Made by a program: the position numbers and the translations under genes
The notes under the pieces: generated by a model
Told to the model about the DNA's origin: nothing
Seen by the model: the letters and a program-made list of their open reading frames with translations, nothing else
Databases searched by the model: none
Part shown: piece after piece, positions 8,371-16,537 of the stretch
How the letters are laid out: each line of letters starts with the position of its first letter
Position numbering within the stretch: the stretch's first letter is position 1
IMG/VR virus record: IMGVR_UViG_3300025617_000008
Length of the DNA: 64,000 nucleotides
Strand: one strand, 5' to 3'
DNA from: an uncultured virus (IMG/VR IMGVR_UViG_3300025617_000008)
Lineage: Duplodnaviria; Heunggongvirae; Uroviricota; Caudoviricetes

Positions 8371-8979
8371 ATGAATAAAGGCGTTAAGGTACCGAAGGTT
8401 ACCTTTAAATATCGTGTACGCACAGACGGACACCCTATCACCTATGTAAGCAAAGATAACGGCGATGCTAATCCATTTGAATGGAAGGACATTACTACTG
8501 ATGACATTTTCAAAGGTAAGCGAGTTTTAGTATTTTCTCTACCAGGAGCATTTACACCAACTTGTTCAACCTATCAAGTTCCAGGCTTTGAAGAAAACTA
8601 TGAGAAAATCAAAGGTCTTGGTATTGATGAAGTGTATGTTATTTCAGTGAATGACACTTTCGTTATGCGTAAATGGATGATTGATCAAGAGATTAAAAAC
8701 ATTAAATTTATTCCAGACGGATCTGGAGACTTTACTAGACGCATGGGAATGTTAATTGACAAATCACACTTAGGGTTTGGCTTACGTTCTTGGCGTTATG
8801 CTATGGTCGTAAAAGATGGCGAAATTGAAAACTGGTGGGAAGAACCAGGCATCAATGATGATGGTTCAGATAATGATCCTTATGGTGAAACTTCACCGGA
8901 GAACTGTATTAGTTGTTTAATTGATAAAGACAGTGTTAGTGAAACATTTGAATTTATCAAAGAACTAGCAGACGCATAA
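8371..8979 (+). CDS. Peroxiredoxin (Prx5-like)
   Basis: FSLPGAFTPTCS, SVNDTFVM, RSWRYAM. Confidence 0.93.
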   Translation: MNKGVKVPKVTFKYRVRTDGHPITYVSKDNGDANPFEWKDITTDDIFKGKRVLVFSLPGAFTPTCSTYQVPGFEENYEKIKGLGIDEVYVISVNDTFVMRKWMIDQEIKNIKFIPDGSGDFTRRMGMLIDKSHLGFGLRSWRYAMVVKDGEIENWWEEPGINDDGSDNDPYGETSPENCISCLIDKDSVSETFEFIKELADA

Positions 8980-8985
8980 AAACGG

Positions 8986-9014
8986 AAAGACCTGCCTATT
9001 TTGGTAGGTTTTTT
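8986..9014 (+). terminator. Rho-independent terminator
   Basis: ACCTGCC-TATTTT-GGTAGGT followed by a T run. Confidence 0.7.
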
Positions 9015-9015
9015 C

Positions 9016-9044
9016 TTGACTTTATTTTGCATTAATAGTATACT
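9016..9044 (+). promoter_or_regulatory. Sigma70-type promoter
   Basis: TTGACT-17 nt-TATACT. Confidence 0.8.
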
Positions 9045-9074
9045 AATACTGTTAATGTAGATAAAGGTGATACT

Positions 9075-9539
9075 ATGACAATGCATTTAGCTCGTGGCTT
9101 AACGACTCTTAACACTAAGAAACGTAAAAGTAAGACAAAATTTACTAAAAGTCAAATTGAAAAGTGGACTGTTGAAATGCGTGAACACAATAAGCGTATG
9201 CGTAAAATTCACTGCCATGATATGCAAATGACCTTAGAAAATTATATTGATTACATTCACGGTCGTTATAAATCAAAAAAGAAAACTGAAACTGTTATGA
9301 ATATGCCTTGGCATTGTAACGGCCCAGTTAGACGAGAAACTAAAGACATTCCAAGTTACAATTCATCACATAGGTTTGCTCCTTGTACTAAAAAAGAGCC
9401 ACTACAATACACTGGTGAACGTAAACTTGTAGGTATCGCCACTATGCACAAGAGCAACATGGTTCCTGTGTTTGCGGATGACGATGATAAGAACGGACAA
9501 CGACAAGCAACAGAAATTGCTAAAATGCGTAGAGGGTAA
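9075..9539 (+). CDS. Basic phage hypothetical protein
   Basis: AAGGTG RBS; YTG..LVGIATMHKSNMVPVF motif. Confidence 0.75.
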   Translation: MTMHLARGLTTLNTKKRKSKTKFTKSQIEKWTVEMREHNKRMRKIHCHDMQMTLENYIDYIHGRYKSKKKTETVMNMPWHCNGPVRRETKDIPSYNSSHRFAPCTKKEPLQYTGERKLVGIATMHKSNMVPVFADDDDKNGQRQATEIAKMRRG

Positions 9540-9591
9540 ATTGGATAAAATTTACCTTGTGTTTTAGTGATGACTATGTTACAATTAAACT

Positions 9592-9704
9592 GTGGCTGTG
9601 AGTGGAACATGGCAGACCTCCCTCTATTCTCAATGTGTAGACGGGGATGGGGACCAAACATAGTTTTATGTCCTTTGTAGGTTCGAATCCTACCAGCCGC
9701 ACCA
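9592..9704 (+). tRNA. Atypical 113-nt tRNA-like RNA, Leu(CAA)-like, extended anticodon arm
   Basis: Acceptor GTGGCTG/CAGCCGC, A73, CCA; T-arm GTAGG-TTCGAAT-CCTAC; Leu-like D-loop; long variable arm; non-canonical anticodon arm. Confidence 0.75.
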
Positions 9705-9749
9705 AATACTGTAATAAGTATTTTAACTTTATATAAAGAGGAAAATAAT

Positions 9750-9941
9750 ATGTCACAGACAGTAGACCAAATCAAGGAACAAGTAGAAGCGTTCCTTTCA
9801 GAAAATGAAAAGTTCACAAGCGGTAATGCCGCGGCTGGAACTAGAGCTCGTAAGGCTCTTCAAGAAATGACCAAGCTCGCAAAAGCACGTAGAGCAGAAA
9901 TCACAGAAGAAAAAAACGCCCGTAAAGAAGCAAAGGCTTAA
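9750..9941 (+). CDS. Histone H1-like Hc1-family protein
   Basis: EKFTSGNAAAGTRARKAL..K..R motif; GAGG RBS. Confidence 0.8.
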   Translation: MSQTVDQIKEQVEAFLSENEKFTSGNAAAGTRARKALQEMTKLAKARRAEITEEKNARKEAKA

Positions 9942-9943
9942 TT

Positions 9944-10354
9944 ATGGGCAACGATGACTACGATACTTCTTTTACAATAAGTATACCTTCAATAGAAGAC
10001 GGTAGCATCGATGGGTTAACAGTCGGTGGCATCACAACCACCGACAGTTCCTATAGTTACAGTCCTTCGTATAGTGTTGATACTTCAACTATGCCTAGTA
10101 GTATTACATTTGATAGCAACTATAATGAATTTGACTCTGATCTTATAGTATCAGAAGACGCTGATATTAAACTAGGTAACAAAAGTTTAAAAGAATTTAT
10201 AAGCAAAATGGAGGATCGACTTGCTATCCTACAACCAGATCCTAAGAAACTAGAAAAGTTCGAAGCACTACGTAAAGCATACGAACATTATAAAACAGTG
10301 GAGGCTCTGTGCTTAGATGAAGCTGACGACAACGACCAAGAAACCCTTTATTAA
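9944..10354 (+). CDS. Phage hypothetical protein
   Basis: Ser/Thr-rich N-terminus, RLAILQPDP...LRKAYEHYK C-terminus. Confidence 0.7.
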   Translation: MGNDDYDTSFTISIPSIEDGSIDGLTVGGITTTDSSYSYSPSYSVDTSTMPSSITFDSNYNEFDSDLIVSEDADIKLGNKSLKEFISKMEDRLAILQPDPKKLEKFEALRKAYEHYKTVEALCLDEADDNDQETLY

Positions 10355-10910
10355 GATCTACGATGATCTTATCCCTAAGTATCTACAGGACTATGTTGAA
10401 CAAGTTACACTAGGTAGATGCGAAACAGGTGGAGAAGATGATTTAATCTTCCCAACTGTTGAATTTACTTGTAAGTATGAGTCAACAGCAAAAACTATAG
10501 ATAACTCGACACCTATGAGCTTTGTACACATGTTAAAATCATCGTGTAGACTAAGTCCGCACTTAGAAAACTTTGGGTTAATACCACAAGCGATATGCGC
10601 TCATAATGATCTGTTGCTAAAAGATATATTAGTTGGCAGGATCTATATCACTGTACCACATAACACAGATCAAAAAAATTATGAACCTCACACTGACTTG
10701 CCATTTGATCACATGGTAGTACTTTACTATGTAAATGATGCTGATGGCGAGACTGTATTTTTTGACGACAATAATAACATTATTCAGTCAGTAGAACCTA
10801 AGAAAGGACGGGCAGTTTTATTTGATGGAAAAATTTTACATGGCGGCGGCATACCTACAAAAGGTCCTCGCTGTATTGTAAATTATGATATTCAAGTAAT
10901 CAAAGGTTGA
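10317..10910 (+). CDS. 2OG-Fe(II) oxygenase
   Basis: PHTD, LYYVNDADGETVFF, PKKGRAVLFDG..LH, RCIVN. Confidence 0.85.
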   Translation: MKLTTTTKKPFIKIYDDLIPKYLQDYVEQVTLGRCETGGEDDLIFPTVEFTCKYESTAKTIDNSTPMSFVHMLKSSCRLSPHLENFGLIPQAICAHNDLLLKDILVGRIYITVPHNTDQKNYEPHTDLPFDHMVVLYYVNDADGETVFFDDNNNIIQSVEPKKGRAVLFDGKILHGGGIPTKGPRCIVNYDIQVIKG

Positions 10911-10935
10911 CAACCAAGCACAAAGGTACTATAAT
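10907..10935 (+). promoter_or_regulatory. Sigma70 promoter, perfect consensus
   Basis: TTGACA-17 nt-TATAAT. Confidence 0.85.
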
Positions 10936-10962
10936 AAAAATATACTGTTAAAAGAGGAATAT

Positions 10963-11154
10963 ATGTTTACATGGACTTCAAATTTTAATAAGGTAAACAA
11001 ATTTAAAAATTTTGTTACAGAGATGTATTATAGGAATGTTGACGAACGATACACATACAATGAAAAACCTAAAAGTTTTGAAGAGTATGTATCAGAAAAC
11101 AAATGGTTTTTAAAAGAAAGATACAAGCAGGAGACAAAAAGTGGCAACGCCTGA
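10963..11154 (+). CDS. Small hypothetical protein
   Basis: GAGGA RBS directly after promoter. Confidence 0.7.
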   Translation: MFTWTSNFNKVNKFKNFVTEMYYRNVDERYTYNEKPKSFEEYVSENKWFLKERYKQETKSGNA

Positions 11155-11869
11155 AGAAAAGCAAGAATTAGTTGATAACCTTAAAGGTAAACGATATTAT
11201 AGACTAAGTCTATGGGGATACGGCGGCGAGGCCGCTTACATCAATCTTAACAAACAGCAATATGATTTTTGGAAAAATCATACAGACGAGCATGGCGACA
11301 GTGACGCTGTAAACTACATGATTAGCGCAGAAGAACAAGATTACGATTTTGAAAATATAGAATCGATTCCTAAAGAAGCTGACTTTATGATGGATGAAGA
11401 TGGCGATGGTCGACCATGGTATGAACACCATAACGAATTTAGTCATCAATATGGAGTACCATATGACAGTGCTCGACTTACTATTGACGAAGTTGATAGT
11501 ATGGAATGGGATGCCAAGACATTAAATGAAGTTGTTCACGACGGAATAGATCTGTCAGAATACATCGATCAACAACATGAAAAGACTGACTATAATCCAG
11601 AACTAGTAGAAACAGACGAAGAAGATGAATTTGAAAATCAAGGTGATTATGTTTGTCAGTTTTATAGTTCAGAAAAAGGAACATTTTTTGATGGAGTAAT
11701 TGAAACTGTGGGAGAGTTTGATCCTAACAAGTTGAGAGTACACATTAACGAATTCCCTAATGGCGAAGACATTATTACTAGTATAGAATATGACGGTAAC
11801 GATGTCGACAATAACGGCGGTGACACTAACGGAAAAGGTTACTCGGCACACTTCTGGAGTAACATCTAA
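11141..11869 (+). CDS. Acidic hypothetical protein
   Basis: AGGAG RBS, GTG start, 242 aa. Confidence 0.75.
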   Translation: MATPEEKQELVDNLKGKRYYRLSLWGYGGEAAYINLNKQQYDFWKNHTDEHGDSDAVNYMISAEEQDYDFENIESIPKEADFMMDEDGDGRPWYEHHNEFSHQYGVPYDSARLTIDEVDSMEWDAKTLNEVVHDGIDLSEYIDQQHEKTDYNPELVETDEEDEFENQGDYVCQFYSSEKGTFFDGVIETVGEFDPNKLRVHINEFPNGEDIITSIEYDGNDVDNNGGDTNGKGYSAHFWSNI

Positions 11870-11874
11870 AATAT

Positions 11875-12198
11875 ATGTATTATAGACAACAAGCAGTCGA
11901 ACGATTTGTCGCTCGAGCAAAAGATATTAAATTTGTAGCGGAAGATACGCTTACAGGAGAAACCCTATTAGGTATATACCTAGTAGGGGATATTCTACAA
12001 GATGATAAGTTTAACGACTTCTCAGAAGTTGAAGTAATATTTCATATTGACGGAGATGGGGAAGACGATCCTTATTTGAGCGATCAGCTTACAATCGACT
12101 TAGAATTAGCAAGTATACCTGATATTGAAAACTTTAAAGCAATAGTACAGTACAGTCAACCTAATCAACCAAAGATTACACTTTGGTGCCAATCATAA
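11875..12198 (+). CDS. Hypothetical protein, degenerate minimal nucleotidyltransferase-like
   Basis: GIYLVGD...FSEVEV resembles the hG[GS]...DhD pattern with substitutions. Confidence 0.55.
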   Translation: MYYRQQAVERFVARAKDIKFVAEDTLTGETLLGIYLVGDILQDDKFNDFSEVEVIFHIDGDGEDDPYLSDQLTIDLELASIPDIENFKAIVQYSQPNQPKITLWCQS

Positions 12199-13709
12199 TT
12201 ATTTTTATTTTTTGTGCTGATTAGTTTGTGTTTTTTGTATGAATGCTCTAGTTCTAAACGTCCAACATCTAATAGATCTTGATCAACAGTAACATCAATA
12301 TTAATTTTAAAATGAGATGCTAACTGTATCCACATATAATCTGGAAACATACTATAATTTGTTCTAGCATAAATCATAGTATTCTTAATGTTATAGTATT
12401 TTTCTTTTACTAGATCGATATGTTTATTTCTTTGACCTATGCCGCGCATATCATTCCAAAAATCAGTATCTGTTCTTTGGCTTAATGTGTAATGTACTAA
12501 TAAAAAGTCAGCAATATCATCTATAGTTTCAGTTAGTCTTTCGTTATATGTTGACCAATCTAATACTTTATTTTTTTGATAGTTGTTAACTGTTTGACTC
12601 AGTAACTGTACTCCTGTAATTATAGTGAAAAGAGCATTTGCTTCTAAAGGCTCAACAAATCCAGAACTAAGTCCAATAGCAACTGTGTTGCCCACGCCAG
12701 GTAAATTTAATCTTTCAGGTATCCATGAAATTTCTCTAGGGTCCGTTTTCTGATTGTCTACAAAAGAATTAAATTTTCTAACAGCATCTTGTTCGTGAGC
12801 ATCGCTGAAACAATATCCATTGCCCATTCTGTTAAACAATCCAATTTTAAACTGCCAGCCGTTTGTTCTGGCAATACTTTGTGTATAGTTAACCATTTCT
12901 GTTTGGGGATTTATGTAGTCAGACTGAGCAACTATGCTTTTATCAATAGGATTGTCTTTGTATCTATGAAGTTTCGTCGGATATTCGTTTATTAGCAATC
13001 TTCTAAAACCTGTACAATCCACGAAAATATCGCCTTGAACTGATTTGCCATTATCAAGCATTAGTTGTGTAATATTGTTATCGGGCTTTATAACACGCTG
13101 TACGGTGCCCTGTGTGTGCTTTACGCCGTTGGGTAGGGCAACATACTGCTTAATGTAATTACCCACCTCTTCGGCGTTTATATGCTGACTAACAGCACCT
13201 AATTGATTTAAGCAGTTAATATTGTCTTTGTAATGACTAGTATTTCTTTCCATATAAGAAAACTGAGGATTAAAATATCTATCAAATCGATCCAATTTAT
13301 TATCTTTAATCAGTTTGTATACTACGTCAGTGGTTCTTTGATCTGTGCTATCACTTAATTGTGTTTTATCATAAAACTTAGAAACATCGTTATAAAAGCT
13401 GTTAGCAGGTAAAGTATAGTTAAAACTAAAGTATTCTGACTCTCCAGTGTTTGTTACCCAATTAGTAAATTTGTTTGCTAACTTATACACACTGTTGGTA
13501 TGTCGCATCCAATGATGCCTATCAATACCAAGTTCGGTAAGAAAGAAATCTACGTGTGGTGTGACACTTTCGCCCACTCCAATAATAGGAATCTTGTCAG
13601 ATTCAATCACTTCAATTTCGCAATCTCGATGAAACTTACTGAGATAACCAGCAGTAAGCCAACCGGCACTGCCGCCGCCAACAATAACTATTTTGGTACT
13701 CTTACTCAT
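12165..13709 (-). CDS. Flavin-dependent tryptophan-halogenase family protein
   Basis: GGGSAG, GVGES, YKLANKF (Lys), DCTGF, GWQFKI, SGFVEPLEA, HY...FW. Confidence 0.9.
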   Translation of the reverse strand: MSKSTKIVIVGGGSAGWLTAGYLSKFHRDCEIEVIESDKIPIIGVGESVTPHVDFFLTELGIDRHHWMRHTNSVYKLANKFTNWVTNTGESEYFSFNYTLPANSFYNDVSKFYDKTQLSDSTDQRTTDVVYKLIKDNKLDRFDRYFNPQFSYMERNTSHYKDNINCLNQLGAVSQHINAEEVGNYIKQYVALPNGVKHTQGTVQRVIKPDNNITQLMLDNGKSVQGDIFVDCTGFRRLLINEYPTKLHRYKDNPIDKSIVAQSDYINPQTEMVNYTQSIARTNGWQFKIGLFNRMGNGYCFSDAHEQDAVRKFNSFVDNQKTDPREISWIPERLNLPGVGNTVAIGLSSGFVEPLEANALFTIITGVQLLSQTVNNYQKNKVLDWSTYNERLTETIDDIADFLLVHYTLSQRTDTDFWNDMRGIGQRNKHIDLVKEKYYNIKNTMIYARTNYSMFPDYMWIQLASHFKINIDVTVDQDLLDVGRLELEHSYKKHKLISTKNKNNYDWHQSVIFG

Positions 13710-13728
13710 TTTTAGGTTCTTTTTTAGG

Positions 13729-13757
13729 TTGACGGATATATAAAAACATCATATAAT
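13729..13757 (+). promoter_or_regulatory. Sigma70-type promoter
   Basis: TTGACG-17 nt-TATAAT. Confidence 0.8.
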
Positions 13758-13791
13758 TATTTACATTGTTAGATTTTAGGAGCATCCAATC

Positions 13792-15084
13792 ATGGCATTA
13801 CCGAAAGCAACACGTAAGAAAAAAGTCCGTGCCACCGCTCGTGTTCGAGCAGGTGCTAAATTATCCTCACCAAAATGGGACGATTGGGATAAATGGGACG
13901 GAGCAGAGTATCACCGTTTTAAAGAAAGCGCACGATCTTGGTATTACGAGAATTATAAACATGCTGATCTAATGCCTCATGTTTTTAAATGGATGGAAAG
14001 AGAAGGCTATGGAAAACAACAAATTGCCTGTGCTAAAAAAGCAGACTCTTCTAAAATTAGTGTAACTGGTGCTATTGTAGCAAAACTATTGTTAGACGGA
14101 ATGCCTGACTTTAATCAAAAAGAAGCAGATTATTGGACAGCTTTGCCCGGAACTGGTGATGTGTTAAAACCTAATTCTGTTTTTCTTAAAAAGAGAATCG
14201 AAGAGGCAATTGAAGAAGGCAGTAAAGTAGTCGAAGAAAAGAAAGCCGAAGAAAAGAAAAACGACAATATACGTGTTCCTACAATACAAGAAAGATTGCG
14301 CCATGCCGCTTGTCAGATCATGGAACCAATTGATGTACATTTCGAAACATTTGTACAAGATCCTAGTAAATTTAATCCTAAAGGTATTGATCCACTTAAA
14401 GAACTACGTGCTAAAGAAGCAAAAGGTGCTCATGCTAGGATTATCAAAGCAGAGTTTCAGCCTATATATGATGAATACACAATGCTTACTAACTTTCCAA
14501 CAAGTTCAAAACTTAAATTAATGAGTGAGAAAGAACAAGATGAATGGGAACAATTAAAAGAAGGATACAGTCATCTTGACAAAAAGCAAGTAAAAGCTAT
14601 TATGACTTATCTACAAGATGTCCTTGGTGCTTGTGATATGATTATGCAAGAAGGTAAAGTTAGCCGGAAGCCCCGCAAGCCTAAAGAAATTAACAAAGAA
14701 AAAGTTGTTGCTAAAATGAAGTATCGCAAGAGCGATGAGGATCTCAAGTTAGTTAGCATTAGTCCTGCGGATATCATTGGTGCGAGCGAACTTTGGGTAT
14801 ACAATATAAAAACACGTAAGATCGGCAAGTATGTTGCTGCAAATATTGATCCTTTGGGAGCTGGACGTGAAGGCAGTGGATTAAGTGTTAAGGGTACAAC
14901 TATTATTGGGTTTAAAGAAGAAGAAAGTGTTCAAAAAACACTGCGTAAGCCTGCGGAACAGTTGAAAGAATTTGCCGGCTGTGGTAAAGTCAAACTGCGC
15001 AAGTTCTTAGATGAAATTAAGACCACTGATATTAAACTCAACGGACGTACTAATCTAGATACTGTGTTACTCAAGGTTCAATAG
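13792..15084 (+). CDS. Conserved large-phage hypothetical protein
   Basis: AGGAG RBS; LWVYNIKTRK...LSVKGTTI...KTLRKP...NGR.N C-terminus. Confidence 0.8.
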   Translation: MALPKATRKKKVRATARVRAGAKLSSPKWDDWDKWDGAEYHRFKESARSWYYENYKHADLMPHVFKWMEREGYGKQQIACAKKADSSKISVTGAIVAKLLLDGMPDFNQKEADYWTALPGTGDVLKPNSVFLKKRIEEAIEEGSKVVEEKKAEEKKNDNIRVPTIQERLRHAACQIMEPIDVHFETFVQDPSKFNPKGIDPLKELRAKEAKGAHARIIKAEFQPIYDEYTMLTNFPTSSKLKLMSEKEQDEWEQLKEGYSHLDKKQVKAIMTYLQDVLGACDMIMQEGKVSRKPRKPKEINKEKVVAKMKYRKSDEDLKLVSISPADIIGASELWVYNIKTRKIGKYVAANIDPLGAGREGSGLSVKGTTIIGFKEEESVQKTLRKPAEQLKEFAGCGKVKLRKFLDEIKTTDIKLNGRTNLDTVLLKVQ

Positions 15085-16532
15085 CGAACATATAAATTGT
15101 AAACTCGTCCCACTGAACTAAAAATCGGTCCGGTTCCCGTATCACCTTTTTCAGCAAGTACTACCAGTTGGGGCGGATTATCATTGCTGTAATCCAAAAA
15201 TTCATTCCTGCTAGGAACAGCAACAGCAAAACCAAATCTATCATTCATGCCACCGCCCGAAACAGGTTCAGGTGCTTCTATAATTGATCTGAGCTCTCCG
15301 GTTTGTGGGTTCACTACATACACCCTTCCTTGTCCTTCAGTAACAATGGCGGATGGATTAAATGGCGGGTCATATGTGGGTGATCCTATATAAAGAACTG
15401 TGCTGTCTCGACTATCAATCGCCAATGAATGTCCAAACCACCCCTGGTCGTCAAGTGTTGGTGATACACCTAGATCGCTTTTTTCAATCTGTATATATCC
15501 GTTAGGGTTGATTCCGTTATACAATAAATCAAAATTCCACGCCCTAACAAATTCAGTTCTTCCCGTTCCTGTGATCGCAGGACTAGAAACAGCAAATACT
15601 CCAAATTTTAGATCCATTGCCCAGCCCCAATATCCGTTGGATTGTGTTCCTTCCTGTACTAGCACCTCACTCCAAGAGCTGGCTGAAACATCAAATCTGT
15701 GTAGGCTAATTCTTCCTCGATTATCATTGTTTCCTTGGTATGGATCTCCGACAGCCAACTGATATGTAAAATCAAATCCTGTTTCATATCCCCATTGTAT
15801 GCCCATGCTGTGGCCCCAACTGCCTCTGCCCAATCTTTTTGTTCCGGTAATGTAACTGGGATTGGCTGGGCCGTCAATGGTGGCTAGTAAAGTCCAATCG
15901 CCGTTGCCGTTCGCGGCTGGTCTTCTATAGTGGTAGATTCTTCCAACAGCACCTGTTGTGGCATTACCGTAAAAGGGTGCGGCAATGAATAATTCTAATT
16001 GTCCGCCAACATCGCCCGAGCCATCATACATCATGATGTATTTTCCGAACCCGTCTGGTACGCCGGCTGTATCAGTATCATAATCATATCCTGATGTGCC
16101 TGAAGTATCTGGGTTAGTAATTGTTTGGGTAGTAGATGACGGATTATAATAATTGTATACCCGAACTTCGCCCGAGTCATTTGTACCAGCGCCAGGTCGA
16201 CTGTGAGCCACATAATACCAACCATTGAGTTGTCCGTCATCTAGCACCGCTACACTTTCTCCTTCTCGATCATCGGCATCGACGCCTGTGGATTGGCCGC
16301 CAACTATTTGATAAGAACCATTTACGATTGGGTACACTCTTCCACGGTCAGTATTGGGAGAAAGACCATATGTAGGATTTCCAGCATACACAGTTGTACC
16401 GTCGCCTTTAACGGCAATTCTTTGTAATCTTCCATCTAGGCTATTAGGATTGGCCAACGTCCAGTCTACAAAGTAGTTGACTTTTCGTCCTGTTGTGAGT
16501 AGATCTTTTGAAGTCCTATTAATAAACGGCAT
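15078..16532 (-). CDS. FG-GAP/integrin-alpha-like beta-propeller protein (probable virion adhesin)
   Basis: Repeated FG..hAh / IAAP / VGDP / GRVY units. Confidence 0.7.
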   Translation of the reverse strand: MPFINRTSKDLLTTGRKVNYFVDWTLANPNSLDGRLQRIAVKGDGTTVYAGNPTYGLSPNTDRGRVYPIVNGSYQIVGGQSTGVDADDREGESVAVLDDGQLNGWYYVAHSRPGAGTNDSGEVRVYNYYNPSSTTQTITNPDTSGTSGYDYDTDTAGVPDGFGKYIMMYDGSGDVGGQLELFIAAPFYGNATTGAVGRIYHYRRPAANGNGDWTLLATIDGPANPSYITGTKRLGRGSWGHSMGIQWGYETGFDFTYQLAVGDPYQGNNDNRGRISLHRFDVSASSWSEVLVQEGTQSNGYWGWAMDLKFGVFAVSSPAITGTGRTEFVRAWNFDLLYNGINPNGYIQIEKSDLGVSPTLDDQGWFGHSLAIDSRDSTVLYIGSPTYDPPFNPSAIVTEGQGRVYVVNPQTGELRSIIEAPEPVSGGGMNDRFGFAVAVPSRNEFLDYSNDNPPQLVVLAEKGDTGTGPIFSSVGRVYNLYVRY

Positions 16533-16537
16533 TGCTA

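Noticed and set aside
9627..9637. Selenocysteine/opal (TCA) or Glu (CTC) reading of the atypical tRNA
   Set aside because: TCA is preceded by C not U and the acceptor stem is 7 bp with A73; CTC would need a poorly paired stem; CAA is centred and fits the Leu-like body
9356..9817. ORFs 9356-9817(-) and 9574-9756(-)
   Set aside because: Antisense to a real gene and the tRNA-like element
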